In this document: positions 13,507 to 24,460 of the stretch, in pieces
How positions within the stretch are numbered: the first letter of the stretch is position 1
How the letters are laid out: each line of letters starts with the position of its first letter
Assembly (NCBI RefSeq): GCF_000372725.1
Contig: NW_005202428.1
Location: forward strand, 2,407,791 to 2,471,790
Length of the DNA stretch: 64,000 nt
Direction of reading: 5' to 3'
Source of the DNA: Emiliania huxleyi CCMP1516
Taxonomy: Eukaryota
Program-made: the position numbers and the translations under genes
Notes under the pieces: model-generated
What the model saw: the letters and a program-made list of their open reading frames with translations, nothing else
Database searches by the model: none
Told to the model about the DNA's origin: nothing

Positions 13507-16183
13507 CTGGAGTAGACGGTTACTTCCCCCAGGATTGGTCTTCTCTGCCTGCGGGAACACCCTCGGGCGGCCGGGTGGGGCTGCGGCTGGAGCTAGCATG
13601 GCTCGATAGAGCCGAGACCCCGTGTTGAGGCGGCGCTCCTGTGGGCGGCTGTGGAATCGGGAGATTCGACCTTAGATCTCCAGTTATCTCATCCCAGTGG
13701 ATGGACGTCCGGACGTCCATTTGTGTTCCTCTCGCCGTCCGCCAGCGAGACGCTCTGTCGCTGGCGGCCGCAGTTTTCTGTGAGGTGGGAGGAGAGGAGA
13801 GGACGCAGCGAAGATGGCGCAGCAGCAGGCCCCGCCAGCTGCGCAAGCGCCCATCGTCGTCGTCGTTGACGAAGTTCAGATCACCAGTGATGCAGCGCTC
13901 GTTCTCGCTCCAGGGGCTCAGCACGTAAAGGACCACACGCCTTGTCTGAGTTGGACCACGGTGTACGACAATGCAGGAGCAGTGACCAACTACACCCTGG
14001 GGCAGAGTGACGCCAAGGGCGCCTTCCTGCCGCGGTGCCGGTTCAGCGTGGACCAGCAGACAGGCACCCTCCTCGATAGGAACCACGTTCTCAATGTGCT
14101 TTTCAATGGGGCATTCTGGTCGCGGCTTCTGACCGCTCTGGACGCGGCGAACCTCTTTGCCACTTCCATGGAGAAGATCGGCGTGCTGCACCAGCGGCTC
14201 GCCGGTCTGGCAATGGCCAACCCAGGGGTCTGGGTGGTCTCGCACTCGGACATCTTTCTCGGTGAAGACTTTGACGCGCCCGCCGTCCCAGCGCCGGCCG
14301 CGGGGAGAGGCCGGGGCCGCGGTCGAGGGGGCCAAGCCGCGGCCGTGGTGCCGGTCGTGCCAGGACCACAGGACCTGCTCTTCCTTACGCAACTCCCGCT
14401 TCGCGCGCTCGAGGCGGGCGGGGAGTTGCCTTTGCTGCTGTACTCGCTGCTCTCTTTCCATTTGGGACCGATAGCTACAAGGGCGGCCCGCCTGCCCCTG
14501 GCAGCCCCCGCGAGACTCACGGCCGGCCTTCTCCAAGGAGCTATCGTGCAAAGCGTGGGGGCGGCGGCCGCCAACCCTACGATGCTCGCGCTCCAAATCC
14601 CTCGCTTGCTCAAGGGCGCTTCGCTCCCCGTCATCTTTCAGTCTACCTCCGCGGACCCACACACGAGGCTCGAGGACTTCACGGACTTGCTCCGCATGCA
14701 GGCCGGCGGGGTAGATGAGAGGCGGCGCATCGAGGAGCGGCGGATCATGCTCGCCACCTCGCTGGGCGCGCTCTACCAGCTAGTCATCCAGCCGTCGCCC
14801 TCGGTCTCGACTGCAAATACCTTGGTGAGCCGCCTGGCCGCCAAGATTCTGACCGCGCCTCAGCTTAAGCTCTCGCTGGCGGACCAGCTGGCCATCCTCG
14901 CGACGGCCGTTCATGATCGGCAGCACCTCGTCCAACCGGGGGCCTCCGCGGAGGATGCGGTGACCGCGCTGGTCGCGGAGGACCTCCTCTACGACGCGGG
15001 GCGCCCCGCGCCTAGCGTGGCAGGCGGGCCGGCGTCCTCGGGCGACCAACCGCCGCCGCCCAAGCTTTTGGAGAAGGCTCTGATGATGCCCAACTTCCAG
15101 GCTCTGGCCGCCAGCCTCGAGGGCGCGGACGCACAGTCGGACGAAGGGCGGCGCCAGATCCTGGCGGCGGCCTTCGAGTCGGGCTGCGACCTCGTCCTGC
15201 GTGTGCTGTTGGGCCCGGGGGGTCACGAGGCTTCCCGCAATCCGGTTCTTGCCAAGATTGCGCACTGCAAGGTAGAGCTCGCCAACTACCTCACGTGGTG
15301 CCTCGTCACCGACAGCTCGGGCCAGCCAAAGGAGGCGCTCGACAAGTACCGGTTCACCGGCCACGACGGCCAGAGCGACAGTCTCTGCAAGGCCTTCCTG
15401 GCGGGCAAGTTCGTGGGCGTTGATTACATGAACGGAGCCAACGGCGTGCTGGACTGGATGGGGGCCGCTCTCCATGCCCAGCGTCTCCCGAGGATCCACG
15501 TCAAGGACCTCTACATCATCCCGAGCAAGATGCGACGCTTTGGGGCCTTCCTCAACCTCCTTTTCGTGGGCATCGGCTACCCGGAGACCGTCCCGGACGG
15601 CGCCGGCTTCACCATCAAGACTTGGTTCGAGTTCTATATCGAGCACCTCGAGCTCACGAGCGGGTACAACACGTATGAGCGGAAGTGCAACCACCTCTAC
15701 CAGTGCAGCCGGCAGTTCGAGGCCTTCCTGCGCATCCTCGAGACGACGCTGGCGAGCCGCCGATCTCGACCCGACCCCGGCGAGGATGGATTCGGCCCGG
15801 TGGCCTTCCTCGATTGCCAGCCTGCCGAGGAGTTGCGCATGCGCGCGAAAGTTTCCGCCCACCGGACCCGAGAGGAGAAGCTCGACGAGGCGTCCACCTC
15901 TGAGTCCGTGTGCGACACGTGCATCCTGCCGCTGCTTTCGGGGTGGGCCAACCACCCGCTCGACAAGCGGGATGCGGCGGCCCCGACCTCGAAGCGCCCC
16001 AAGATCGAGCCTGGCTCGAGCGTGGTCATCGGCGCGAACGCGCCGCTGCCCAAGGCGCACGCCCTCGCCAAATCCGCATTGTGGCTCAAGGAGGGCAAGG
16101 GTCAACCCCGTGAGGAACAGATCAGGTTCACATTGTCGTAGCCGGAGGGGATGTTGACCTTTAGCTCGTGGGGCCACCCGCGC
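13507..16183 (+). mobile_element. 2.7-kb insertion without an evident TSD, carrying one long ORF
   Basis: Absent from the sister copy of repeat F. Confidence 0.7.
13814..16141 (+). CDS. 775-aa intronless protein, probably ORF1/Gag-like of a retroelement
   Basis: ATG-initiated, protein-like composition, RGRGRG tract, confined to an insertion; no RT, integrase or transposase motif seen. Confidence 0.6.
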   Translation: MAQQQAPPAAQAPIVVVVDEVQITSDAALVLAPGAQHVKDHTPCLSWTTVYDNAGAVTNYTLGQSDAKGAFLPRCRFSVDQQTGTLLDRNHVLNVLFNGAFWSRLLTALDAANLFATSMEKIGVLHQRLAGLAMANPGVWVVSHSDIFLGEDFDAPAVPAPAAGRGRGRGRGGQAAAVVPVVPGPQDLLFLTQLPLRALEAGGELPLLLYSLLSFHLGPIATRAARLPLAAPARLTAGLLQGAIVQSVGAAAANPTMLALQIPRLLKGASLPVIFQSTSADPHTRLEDFTDLLRMQAGGVDERRRIEERRIMLATSLGALYQLVIQPSPSVSTANTLVSRLAAKILTAPQLKLSLADQLAILATAVHDRQHLVQPGASAEDAVTALVAEDLLYDAGRPAPSVAGGPASSGDQPPPPKLLEKALMMPNFQALAASLEGADAQSDEGRRQILAAAFESGCDLVLRVLLGPGGHEASRNPVLAKIAHCKVELANYLTWCLVTDSSGQPKEALDKYRFTGHDGQSDSLCKAFLAGKFVGVDYMNGANGVLDWMGAALHAQRLPRIHVKDLYIIPSKMRRFGAFLNLLFVGIGYPETVPDGAGFTIKTWFEFYIEHLELTSGYNTYERKCNHLYQCSRQFEAFLRILETTLASRRSRPDPGEDGFGPVAFLDCQPAEELRMRAKVSAHRTREEKLDEASTSESVCDTCILPLLSGWANHPLDKRDAAAPTSKRPKIEPGSSVVIGANAPLPKAHALAKSALWLKEGKGQPREEQIRFTLS

Positions 16184-16639
16184 TTTGTTTTTTTTTTCAC
16201 AGACCACTCGGGCAGGGGGCAGCTTTTACCAAATGCCAAAGTTGCACTTTACCACTCGGGCAGATTCGACGATTGCATTTTACCACTCGGGCAAACTCGA
16301 TGAAACGGCGGACGGAGAACGCGTTCGCGGCCGCTCGCCGGAGAGCTATGCATGAAGCGGCCGGCGCGCCACCGCAGCTCACCGATGGAGCTCGCGCCGC
16401 GGCTCAATCCACAGGCGCAGCAGCACTGCGACGCATTCTCCAAGCACAGTGCCTGACGTTGCAGGTGCTCAGAGAGCGAGCAATAGTCGACAAAAGCCCA
16501 GATCTGAGCATAGCGGATCTCCATGTTGGTCGCGCCCTGCGAGAGGACAACCGCGGGCCTCGGATGCTTGCCCGGACGCGGACCCGCCGTGCGAGTTGCA
16601 GACCCGGAGGAGGCCAACCCAGCTCACCCCCAGAGAGGC

Positions 16640-17168
16640 CATGCCCAGGGTCAACCATAAAAGGGGGCTCCGTCCGTCCGTCTGTCTCGTGTGCTTCCTA
16701 GTCACCGCAGGCCTTTGCCTGCTGCACTCGACGTCCGTGTCTCTGGGCATCATCCCGAGCAGCCACCCGCCAGAGGACGGCATCCTCGGACACGGCTTTG
16801 GCGAGAAGCCCAAGAATGTGGACCCTTGGGACGCGGCTCACCGCTGGAAGGCGGTCGCCGAGAACCAGAAGGAGAACTTCCCGATTGTGCTGGCAATCTA
16901 CTGGGCCACAGTCCTCGTCGGCGAGGCGGCGCCCGTGGAGGCGGTGAAGGGAAGCAAAGCGCCCTACTTCATGGTTGCGTACCTCCTCCTCCGCGTCGTC
17001 TACGCCGCATGCTACATCGTCGCCCTGGCGCCGTGGCGCTCACTGGCGTTCGCAGCCTCCAATTTCGGTGGGATGTACACCGTCTTTGTCATCGGTGTCT
17101 ACCGCGCCTGCAAAGTCAGCACGCCAGCCCCGGCCGATGACTATGCCATCATGCCACCGACGGTGTGA
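16640..17168 (+). CDS. MAPEG-family membrane protein (5' end uncertain)
   Basis: HPPED, RW..VAENQKENFP, LLRVVYAACY..LAPWRSLAF. Confidence 0.8.
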
Positions 17169-18010
17169 ACGAGCACTTGGAGAGTCGTAATCGAATCTAA
17201 AGGGTGTGGACTGCGGTGAGTTGACGGAAGTCGAGGGCGACGCGCGACCACTTCGCCACAGACGGTCCCGCGCCTCGCCGCTAAGTTTGCGGCACGCCCC
17301 GCACCGTCCGCTGTGCCGCATTTTTTGCCCGGAGTGAAAGGTCCAACGCGCTCGTCGGTGGCGGTGTCCCTCAACCTGCGCCGCGCTCGGCGAACCTCGA
17401 CAGCGCCTTCGGTGGCATGCAGCTCTTTGCGCCTGAAGCCTGGAGTGAAGCTCCTCTGCTGCTCACACGCTCTGCACAGTTGGCACAGCCCACTGTGCGG
17501 CTGCCACAGCTGTGACAGCGATGGGCTCGCCCTCACTGGCCCTCAGTCACTTGTGCTGCGGCTTGTGTGAGCGACACTGCTCGGCGACTGCCGGCACACT
17601 GTGAGACCATGGGTGTGAGGTTAAACCACGCTCTACCAGCGCTTGGTCACATCGGCCCCGAGGCCAGATCCTTCTACTCTGTTGATGACAAGACTTGTCT
17701 ACTGGCTGGAGCTGAGCAGGGAGGGCCCGGCGCACAACCCCTGTGGTCAACTCGCTCACGGGGTCCAGGCTGCGGTGGAGTCCAGGCTCCAGCACACCCC
17801 GTAGAGAATCATCGTACTTCGTACGAATGGAGGTGTGATCGATGCACCGTTCACAGTCCGTTGACCGTTGCAAAAGGAAACGGGGACAATGCGATGCAGT
17901 CTTCTCCGGCACAGGCGCACTCTCTCTCGCTCTCGAGCGCGAGAGCAACGAAAGACGTTGCCCGAGCGCGCACACACCCTTGTACAGATGTGTACACCAC
18001 GAAACCATAG

Positions 18011-19369
18011 TCACAGCTCCTCTCGGTCTGGGAAGGCGGGCGAAGCAGGCGCGGTCGGGTAGTCCCCGACCATCTCCTTCGCCGCCTCCCCCTCAGCGGC
18101 GATCCAGTGGCGGCAGGAGAAGCCGGGGTGCATCACGGAACGCACCTCGTGCTCGAGCGTGTAGAGGAGCTCGCCCGTGTCCTTGTCAATGTCGCAGAAC
18201 GAGTGAGGGGAGGTGCGGTGGGCGTGTGGGACGGGGATTGAGTACGCGCCGGGTCGGTGAGGTCCTTGAGCCGAAACTCGCTGTGCCGCAGCGCGTGTGC
18301 CAGCGAGTCGTACCGCAGGTGCGGGAAGCGAGGGTTGTTCCACACCAGGCCCGCCTCGCGGCTGCGCTCGTACACGGCGGCGAAGTCGTTTGTGTAGAGC
18401 GCGACGTGGTGGCCGTCGTACCGGCGGACGGGCGGCTCGCCTGGCAGCGCCTCCGCGAACTGCAGCGACTGGTGGTGCCCGAGCCGCACCACGCAGACGG
18501 GCCGCCTCCCCTCTCGGCCAACCTGAGAGGCGGAGGCGGCGGGGGCGGAGGAGGTGACGGTGGGGGCAGCGAAGGCCCGAGTGCGCGCGGTGGCGATCTC
18601 GCGTGCTCTCGGGCCACCTCGGCGGTGGCGCCAAAGAGCCGCAAATAGAAGCGGCAGATGCCGGCGGCGGCGCCTTCTGGGACGTCGAAGCGCACGTACT
18701 GGATGCCCAGCCCTCGCGACGGACCGCCGGGCAGCGGCCTCTCCTCGCGCGGGTCGAGAAGCAGCTTCGGACCAAACCAGGTCTCTGCGCCCGCCCACTC
18801 GACCGCACGCAGACGGTTGCCAACCGGGCAGGTGATGCGGAGGCTGCCGTCGGCGCCAACCGCGTGCGTAGCGCTGGCGTCCTCCAGCCGCCGCTGCAGC
18901 GCTGCCAGCTCCTCAGTGGTGTACGCCAGCCCCACCTCGCCTCGCACGACCTGCGGACGTGGCGTGGTGTGGCGTGCGGTGTGTGGACTTGCGGAGGCAG
19001 CCTGGAGCTAGATGAGAGCGCGAAGTGTGAAATAGAGCACGCGAGCATGTGTCTCAGAACCTGCACGGAGTCCTCCGGCTCTCCGACGGGCAAGTGGAAC
19101 TGCTGGAGGCCAAAGTTCGCCCAGTGGAGGCCCTGCATCGGCCCGCCGGCGGCCTGCACCTGCGAGCAGACGACCGCGCCTCGCGGGTCGTCGGCGCCGC
19201 CCATCACGCTGAACCAGAAGCGCGAGAGCTGCTCCGTCCACGTGCCGCCGGCGTTGATGTTGACGTGCTCCAGCGAGATGAGCGGCTCGTACCGGACCGG
19301 CAGATGCGGAATCGTGGTGGTCGAGGAGGAGGGCGCAGCAGCCGCGGACGCGACACGAAACAGCAACAT
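18011..19369 (-). CDS. Two-domain VOC/glyoxalase-like protein, multi-exon
   Basis: LEHVNIN, WANFGLQQFHLP, CPVGNRLR, GLGIQYVRFDVP, YDGHHVALYTNDF, LEHEVRS. Confidence 0.75.
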   Translation of the reverse strand: MLLFRVASAAAAPSSSTTTIPHLPVRYEPLISLEHVNINAGGTWTEQLSRFWFSVMGGADDPRGAVVCSQVQAAGGPMQGLHWANFGLQQFHLPVGEPEDSVQVLRHMLACSISHFALSSSSRLPPQVHTPHATPRHVRRSCEARWGWRTPLRSWQRCSGGWRTPALRTRLAPTAASASPARLATVCVRSSGRAQRPGLVRSCFSTRARRGRCPAVRREGWASSTCASTSQKAPPPASAASICGSLAPPPRWPESTRDRHRAHSGLRCPHRHLLRPRRLRLSGWPRGEAARLRGAARAPPVAAVRGGAARRAARPPVRRPPRRALHKRLRRRVRAQPRGGPGVEQPSLPAPAVRLAGTRAAAQRVSAQGPHRPGAYSIPVPHAHRTSPHSFCDIDKDTGELLYTLEHEVRSVMHPGFSCRHWIAAEGEAAKEMVGDYPTAPASPAFPDREEL

Positions 19370-19524
19370 GGGGCTGCTTGTGAAGGTAGGCGTGCGTATG
19401 AGCTCACTAGCTAGAGCTCACAGAGGAGGCCGTCATCGCATTCCGCTCTGGCTTCTTCTGTCGTTTCTCCCTTCTCGTCCGGGGTGTGTTTTTGTGTGAA
19501 GGTACAGTAGGCACACTGGCACCT

Positions 19525-20063
19525 GGGTTCCGGCTCCTACCCAGATAGGGGGTCTACCCGCCCGGTTAGACCCTATGCAATAGGTAGGCAGGTCCGGTTT
19601 TGACCGCCCCAGAGGGCCTACAACAGGTAGGATTTTTCTCTTTTTCGCTTCGCTGCGCGGCCTGGGAGCTGGCCCTGGGTAGGTAGATAGGTAGGGCGTT
19701 TTTGGTGCGAGTCAGGGTGAACAGACCCCCTATCTGTGCGTATTCTCGTATCAATCACTGGCTCCGAGTAGAAAAAGAAAGAAAAAAAACATGTCGATAG
19801 CTCCGAGTAGAGGGGGCGTCCTGCAGTTAAGGGGAAACCCGGTACGCGGGGCCAACCCTCGGAGACCCGTGTTTACTTTACGGCCCTTTCCCTGCGAATG
19901 CGCACCCCCCCTAGCTAGGGGTCAGGGCCTCTCTAGCCCGTAACCCGATGCCGATCATCTCCGGCTCGCTGGGTGCGCTTCTTAGCTCCCCGGCCCTGGA
20001 TGTGAGCAGTGAGGTTGCCGACTGCACTCCAAGTGCCCCCTATCTGGGTAGGAGCCGGAACCC
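19525..20063. mobile_element. MITE family D copy 2 with nested insertions
   Basis: 28-bp TIR GGGTTCCGGCTCCTACCCAGATAGGGGG at 19525-19552 and rc at 20036-20063. Confidence 0.8.
19737..20035 (+). mobile_element. Retroposon family M inserted in the MITE's right TIR
   Basis: 11-bp TSD CCCCCTATCTG (19726-19736, 20036-20046); 5' part matches 23076-23162, 3' part matches the rc of 43743-43918. Confidence 0.7.
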
Positions 20064-21458
20064 GGCTGTGCGACTTACACGGACGGCACACTTGAATTCC
20101 CCGAGCTAAGTAAGCCTAAGGAACGGCCCTGGATGTGCGGTTACTCGGACTGGTCTGCACTCCAAGTGCTCGCCAAGTGTAAGCTGAGTGTAAGAGGAGT
20201 GCCGCACCGTGGTCCGTGGCTGCGTCTGCGGCGTGTTGCGGAGGTGGCTCCCGGCAGTCTCCCGGCTCCCGCGTCCCGGGGCCAATGGTTGGGTAGTAGG
20301 GCTAGAGGGTCGCTCTACACTTAGCCTCTGCAGCGAGCGAGCGCTCAACTTAGCCCCCGCACGGAGCCAGGCTCGGACTTAGACGCTGTATGGTCGGGGG
20401 CCATGAACTTAGACGACACAAGGCCAACTCCGGGTAAAACCCGGGTATACCTGCAAAAGTCCAGGTTTACCCGAAAAATACCTGGTCCTGGACGCGTCCC
20501 GACCAACGTATGCCGCGCGCACGACGCCATATCGCCTTGTCCCAGGGCCAGTGCGCTACTTGCGGCGCGCAACTCCTGCTCAAGTACGCGCACCGTACCA
20601 TGTGCTGCCGCTATGCGTGTCTTAAGGCGGCTGCGGCGAAGCGGCGGGCGCGGCATGCCGATGGCAGTGCGGACGATGCGGTTGCGATGTGTGGTCTGCT
20701 TCAAGATCGTGGCGGTGCTTGGCATGCACTTCTGCGATCCCAATCAGCTCATCGCAACGAAGCAGCGCAACAAGCTGGCTGCTGCCAACAAGGCCCTACT
20801 ACCTCACGCGCGGATCGTTCAAAGAGGACCAGCATACACAGGCTTCTATGCGTTTGTTTGAGCTTGAGGCTATTTGTGAGAACTGTTTGGCTTGAAGATT
20901 GCGCTCAAGAAGAGCAACGAGAATCGGAAGAGGAGGATGCTGAGGCGGCGATTGCTGAGCATGAGAAGGATCGACCCGGATTAGAAGGCGCCCGCCGCAG
21001 TCGAAGAAAATTTGGGGGCTGCGCGCGCCGTATTGCGTATATCGTGTTGATCACGGTGCTCGGTGGGAGCCTCTTGGCCCCAGGCCGTGCCACGGCAGCC
21101 TTAGCCCGCATAAGAGGCTGCCGCCGATCTTAGACCGCGTAAGCACCCCAGTGTGCACGTGCACACTTAGACCCGCTCAGCCTCGAGGCTCAGAACTTAG
21201 TAACGTACTTAGTCTACTGACTACTCTACGTTCTCTATCTACCCCCGCAAACCACCGCGAGGGTCCCCGCGGGCCCCCCCGGGCGGCGCCGGGGGAATTC
21301 AAGGGGACAGGGTAGAGACGAGAGGTAGAGACTCTGTCCTGTCTTCTCCGATGCACCGTTTTGGCGTGTTCATTTTGTTCAACCCATGAGTATCAGAGGA
21401 TAATTGCATTCTAGGGTTCCAGAGGCAGAGCGGGGTCCGCCGCTTGGGCGGCTCGCTC

Positions 21459-22286
21459 TCACTCGTAGACCCACGCCTTGGAGTGGTCCTCCCACGAGAC
21501 GACCTGAAGCAAGTCGATGGCCCGGGGAGGTCAGGGGAGTGGGAGAGGGTACCGGGCGCGGGAGGTCTCAACTCGGTGGGCGCGCGGGAATCAAAGGACT
21601 CGAGCTGCTGCAGCCAGCCTAGGGATCTCGGCGGATCTCGGCGGATCTCGACACGCACCTCGCCGTCCTTGAACCAGAGCGCAATCTCCTTTTCGGCGTT
21701 CTCGGCCGAGTCGGAGCCGTGGCAGATGTTGCGGCCGACGACGATGGAGAAGTCTCCGCGGATGGTGCCGGGCAGCGACTCCTGCGGGTTTGTCGCCCCG
21801 AGCATCTGCCGGCCCATCTTGACCGCATTCTCGCCCTGCCAAACCATGCAGCAGACGGGCCCGGAAAGCATGTATGAGAGCAGGTCCTGCGGGCGAGGCG
21901 CGGGTGATCGCAGTGTTCGCAGGTGGTCTCGGGTGATCTCGGGTGATCTCGAGTGATCTCGGAGGTCCACGACGAGGCGCAGAAAGAGTCTCAGGGAGCG
22001 TACGGCATGTCCGCACCGGGAAGAACTTCTTCTCGACGAGGTCGCAGTAGTGCTGGCGCAGCAGCGCCTCGTCCGCCTGGAAGAGCTTGAGCGCCTGCAG
22101 CTGGTAGCCGCGCTGCTCGAACCGCTGCACGATGTTGCCGACCAGGCCACGCTGCACCCCGTCCGGCTTAATCATGATGTACGTGCGCTCCATCTCCATC
22201 GCGGGCGAAGCGGCGCGCGGCGCGGCGTGGCGCAGCGGCGCGGTGCTGACACTGAGCGCCACGCAGAGCTGGGAGAGAGCGAGCAT
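21459..22286 (-). CDS. NDK: Nucleoside diphosphate kinase, probably plastid-targeted (3 exons)
   Basis: [37 protein letters not shown], terminal WVYE; signal + transit-like leader. Confidence 0.95.
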
Positions 22287-22340
22287 GGTCAGGGAAGTGG
22301 CTCGAAGGAGAAAAAAAATCGGGAGTAGTGCGCGGGAGCG

Positions 22341-22429
22341 GCGGGTGTGCGGGATGTCTGTGGGACCGAGAGAGCGATGTGCTTGTGTCCGCCTTGCGTT
22401 TGTTTTCATAACATCGAAGGCTAGCTCAA
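22341..22429. repeat. Dispersed ~90-bp repeat G (second copy 24278-24367)
   Basis: Shared TGTCCGCCTTGCGTTTGTTTTCATAACATCGAAGGCTA. Confidence 0.75.
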
Positions 22430-23171
22430 AAAAAATGGCCGCAATACGATAACGGGCCCGCCGACGAGCCGGAAGGCCGAGGCCGGCGTGCGGCGGGCCC
22501 CAGGGGGGGCTTGGGGTCAGTTGTCGGAGGAGGCGAGAGGTGAGCTTACGCGGCCTCTGCGAGTGGAATCGGGACGTACGAGCTCTCCGAGGGGAGGCCC
22601 GTCGCAGTGGCAGCCGGACCACCGTGATCTTCGACAGGGAGGGCCACGCCTCCCCGAGCTTGCAGAGGAGCCGGCGGTGGGGGGGGGGGCGAGCCGAGGA
22701 CGATAGAGAGGCCGCGAGTGCGGGCGCGACTCGTCGACCAGGGAGAGCGGGCCCGTCCTCCCTGGGAGGGGCGGAGGCGACACGACCCAATGCCGCCATC
22801 CTCGCCCGGGGAGACCCCGGCCGGGCCGTCGACGCTCTCGGAGGCTGCGGTACCAGTCGAGGCGAAGCGGAGTCGAGGCCACAGCCGAGGAAGAGGCATC
22901 ACCATCAGAAACGACTGCAGAGGCAGTCTGGTAACGCCCGGAAGGCGAGCAAGGGACCGGGACGAGCCGAGGGCTCGCCCCGACAGGCGAAGGAAGGGAC
23001 TCTGGGACCGGAGTCGGGCGGGCGCACATGAGGCGTATCCGTGTACGTACGTGGAGTACAGTGTTGTGTGTCCGTTAGCTCCGAGTAGAGGGGGCGTTCT
23101 GCAGTTAAGGGGAAACCCGGTACACGGAACTAACCCTCGGGCACCCGTGTTTACTTTACGGCACAAGGGTG

Positions 23172-23511
23172 GCATGCTCTCCGGCGAGCCGTCGCAAACG
23201 CGTTTCCGTCCGCCCGTTTCATCGAGTTTGCCCGAGTGGTAAAATGCAATCGAATCTGCCCGAGTGGTCAAGTAAAACGTTGCCTGTCGTGAAAGTTGCC
23301 CGAGTGGTCTGTGGGGAAAAAACGAAAATCGAGACGGACTTCTTGAACGGCCAGGCAACATGTCTTCCTTACTATCATTAATTGATGCTTTTTGCACGGC
23401 TGAGCCCCCCCACCCCCCCCCCCTCCCCCGCGCCCACTCCCTGCCCTCTCCCGCCACGCACTCCGTCAGAGCCCCCTCCCCTCTTGCACAACAGGAATTT
23501 TGACAATTAAC
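23172..23511. repeat. Repeat F copy 2 (intact, inverted relative to copy 1)
   Basis: rc match to 13324-13506 + 16184-16351. Confidence 0.8.
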
Positions 23512-23523
23512 AAGGTGATGCGC

Positions 23524-23881
23524 GGCGCTGTCTCTCAAGATGGAAGCAGGAAGCTTCCATCCCGGCGGTGGTTCGAATCCACACGAGCCGAAGGGTGAAG
23601 GGGGAGGCAGGCCCGAGGTCTGAAGCTCACCCATTGTGGAAGTGAGAACTGCTCGACCCACCCCTGATCCTGCTGAACAAGCTCCTCTTGTAGCTCGATC
23701 GGTCACACCGCCATCGCCGTCGGGGAGAGGGGGGACGACACTGCCTCGGCAGCGTGCACCTCGATCCTGTACCGTGTTTGTTATGACCCCCCCCAATGAA
23801 CACACCAGTGAGGGTGGGCGAGACGATCGAGGGGTCCCGTACCATGCGGAACCGACCCTATCCAGTGCTCAAGTGCTCAAG
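23524..23881 (+). mobile_element. Apparently full-length tRNA-derived SINE (family A)
   Basis: B box GGTTCGAATCC at 23570-23580 within a GTGG/CCAC stem; A-box-like TCTCAAGATGG; (GTGCTCAA)2 tail; 3 other copies in the window. Confidence 0.7.
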
Positions 23882-24460
23882 GGTGGTTGCCGGTAGATAG
23901 GACTGGGAATTGAAGTAGATAGCGCGGCGCGGCGGTGGGTGAGGTGGGGTGGGGGGTGGGGGGGGGGGGGCGGCGTGGCGTGGAGCTCCGAGATAGCGCG
24001 AGATCGCCCGAGATCGCGCGGCGCGGCCCGAGATCGCCCGAGATCGCGCGGTTCTGCGGTCGGCGAGGTGGGTGGGTTGGGAGCGAGGGGGCGGAAGTGT
24101 TCAGTGCGGTAGATGGCGAGCTCGAGGCGCGTGAGCCGGACTTGTGAGCCGGACCACCCCCTCTTGTTCTCTGCGTTGTTGAGCCAGGACTCAACATACT
24201 CGGGCTCGTAATCCCAAACTGTCACTCCCCTTTCTCCCGGCCGCGGGGTGGGGCGCGCGCGGGGGCGGCGGGTGTGCGGCGGGTGTGAGGGATGTCTGTG
24301 AGCCCGAGAGCGATATGCCATGTCCGCCTTGCGTTTGTTTTCATAACATCGAAGGCTAAGCTCAAAGTAAACGCAACTCGCTGAGATGTTCGCCTCGCGT
24401 TTTGTCTGGGCGACCCTGCCTGATCAGTCGGGGCACGCGCATTCCGCCCAATCGGCTTCG

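Larger units (their letters stand above)
13324..16351. repeat. Repeat F copy 1 (13324-13506 + 16184-16351), split by a 2.7-kb insertion
   Basis: Both pieces align in order to the rc of 23172-23511; three ACCACTCGGGCA motifs. Confidence 0.8.

Noticed and set aside
12454..16207. Long antisense ORFs overlapping real genes
   Set aside because: Shadow ORFs expected from high GC3 codon bias.
17180..18010. Possible decayed RT fragment
   Set aside because: Only vague similarity; no catalytic motifs.
20403..21133. Overlapping hypothetical ORFs
   Set aside because: No domain recognised and no frame clearly preferred.
23524..23591. Functional tRNA gene
   Set aside because: The anticodon arm is missing or shortened and the acceptor stem is mismatched; better explained as a SINE head.
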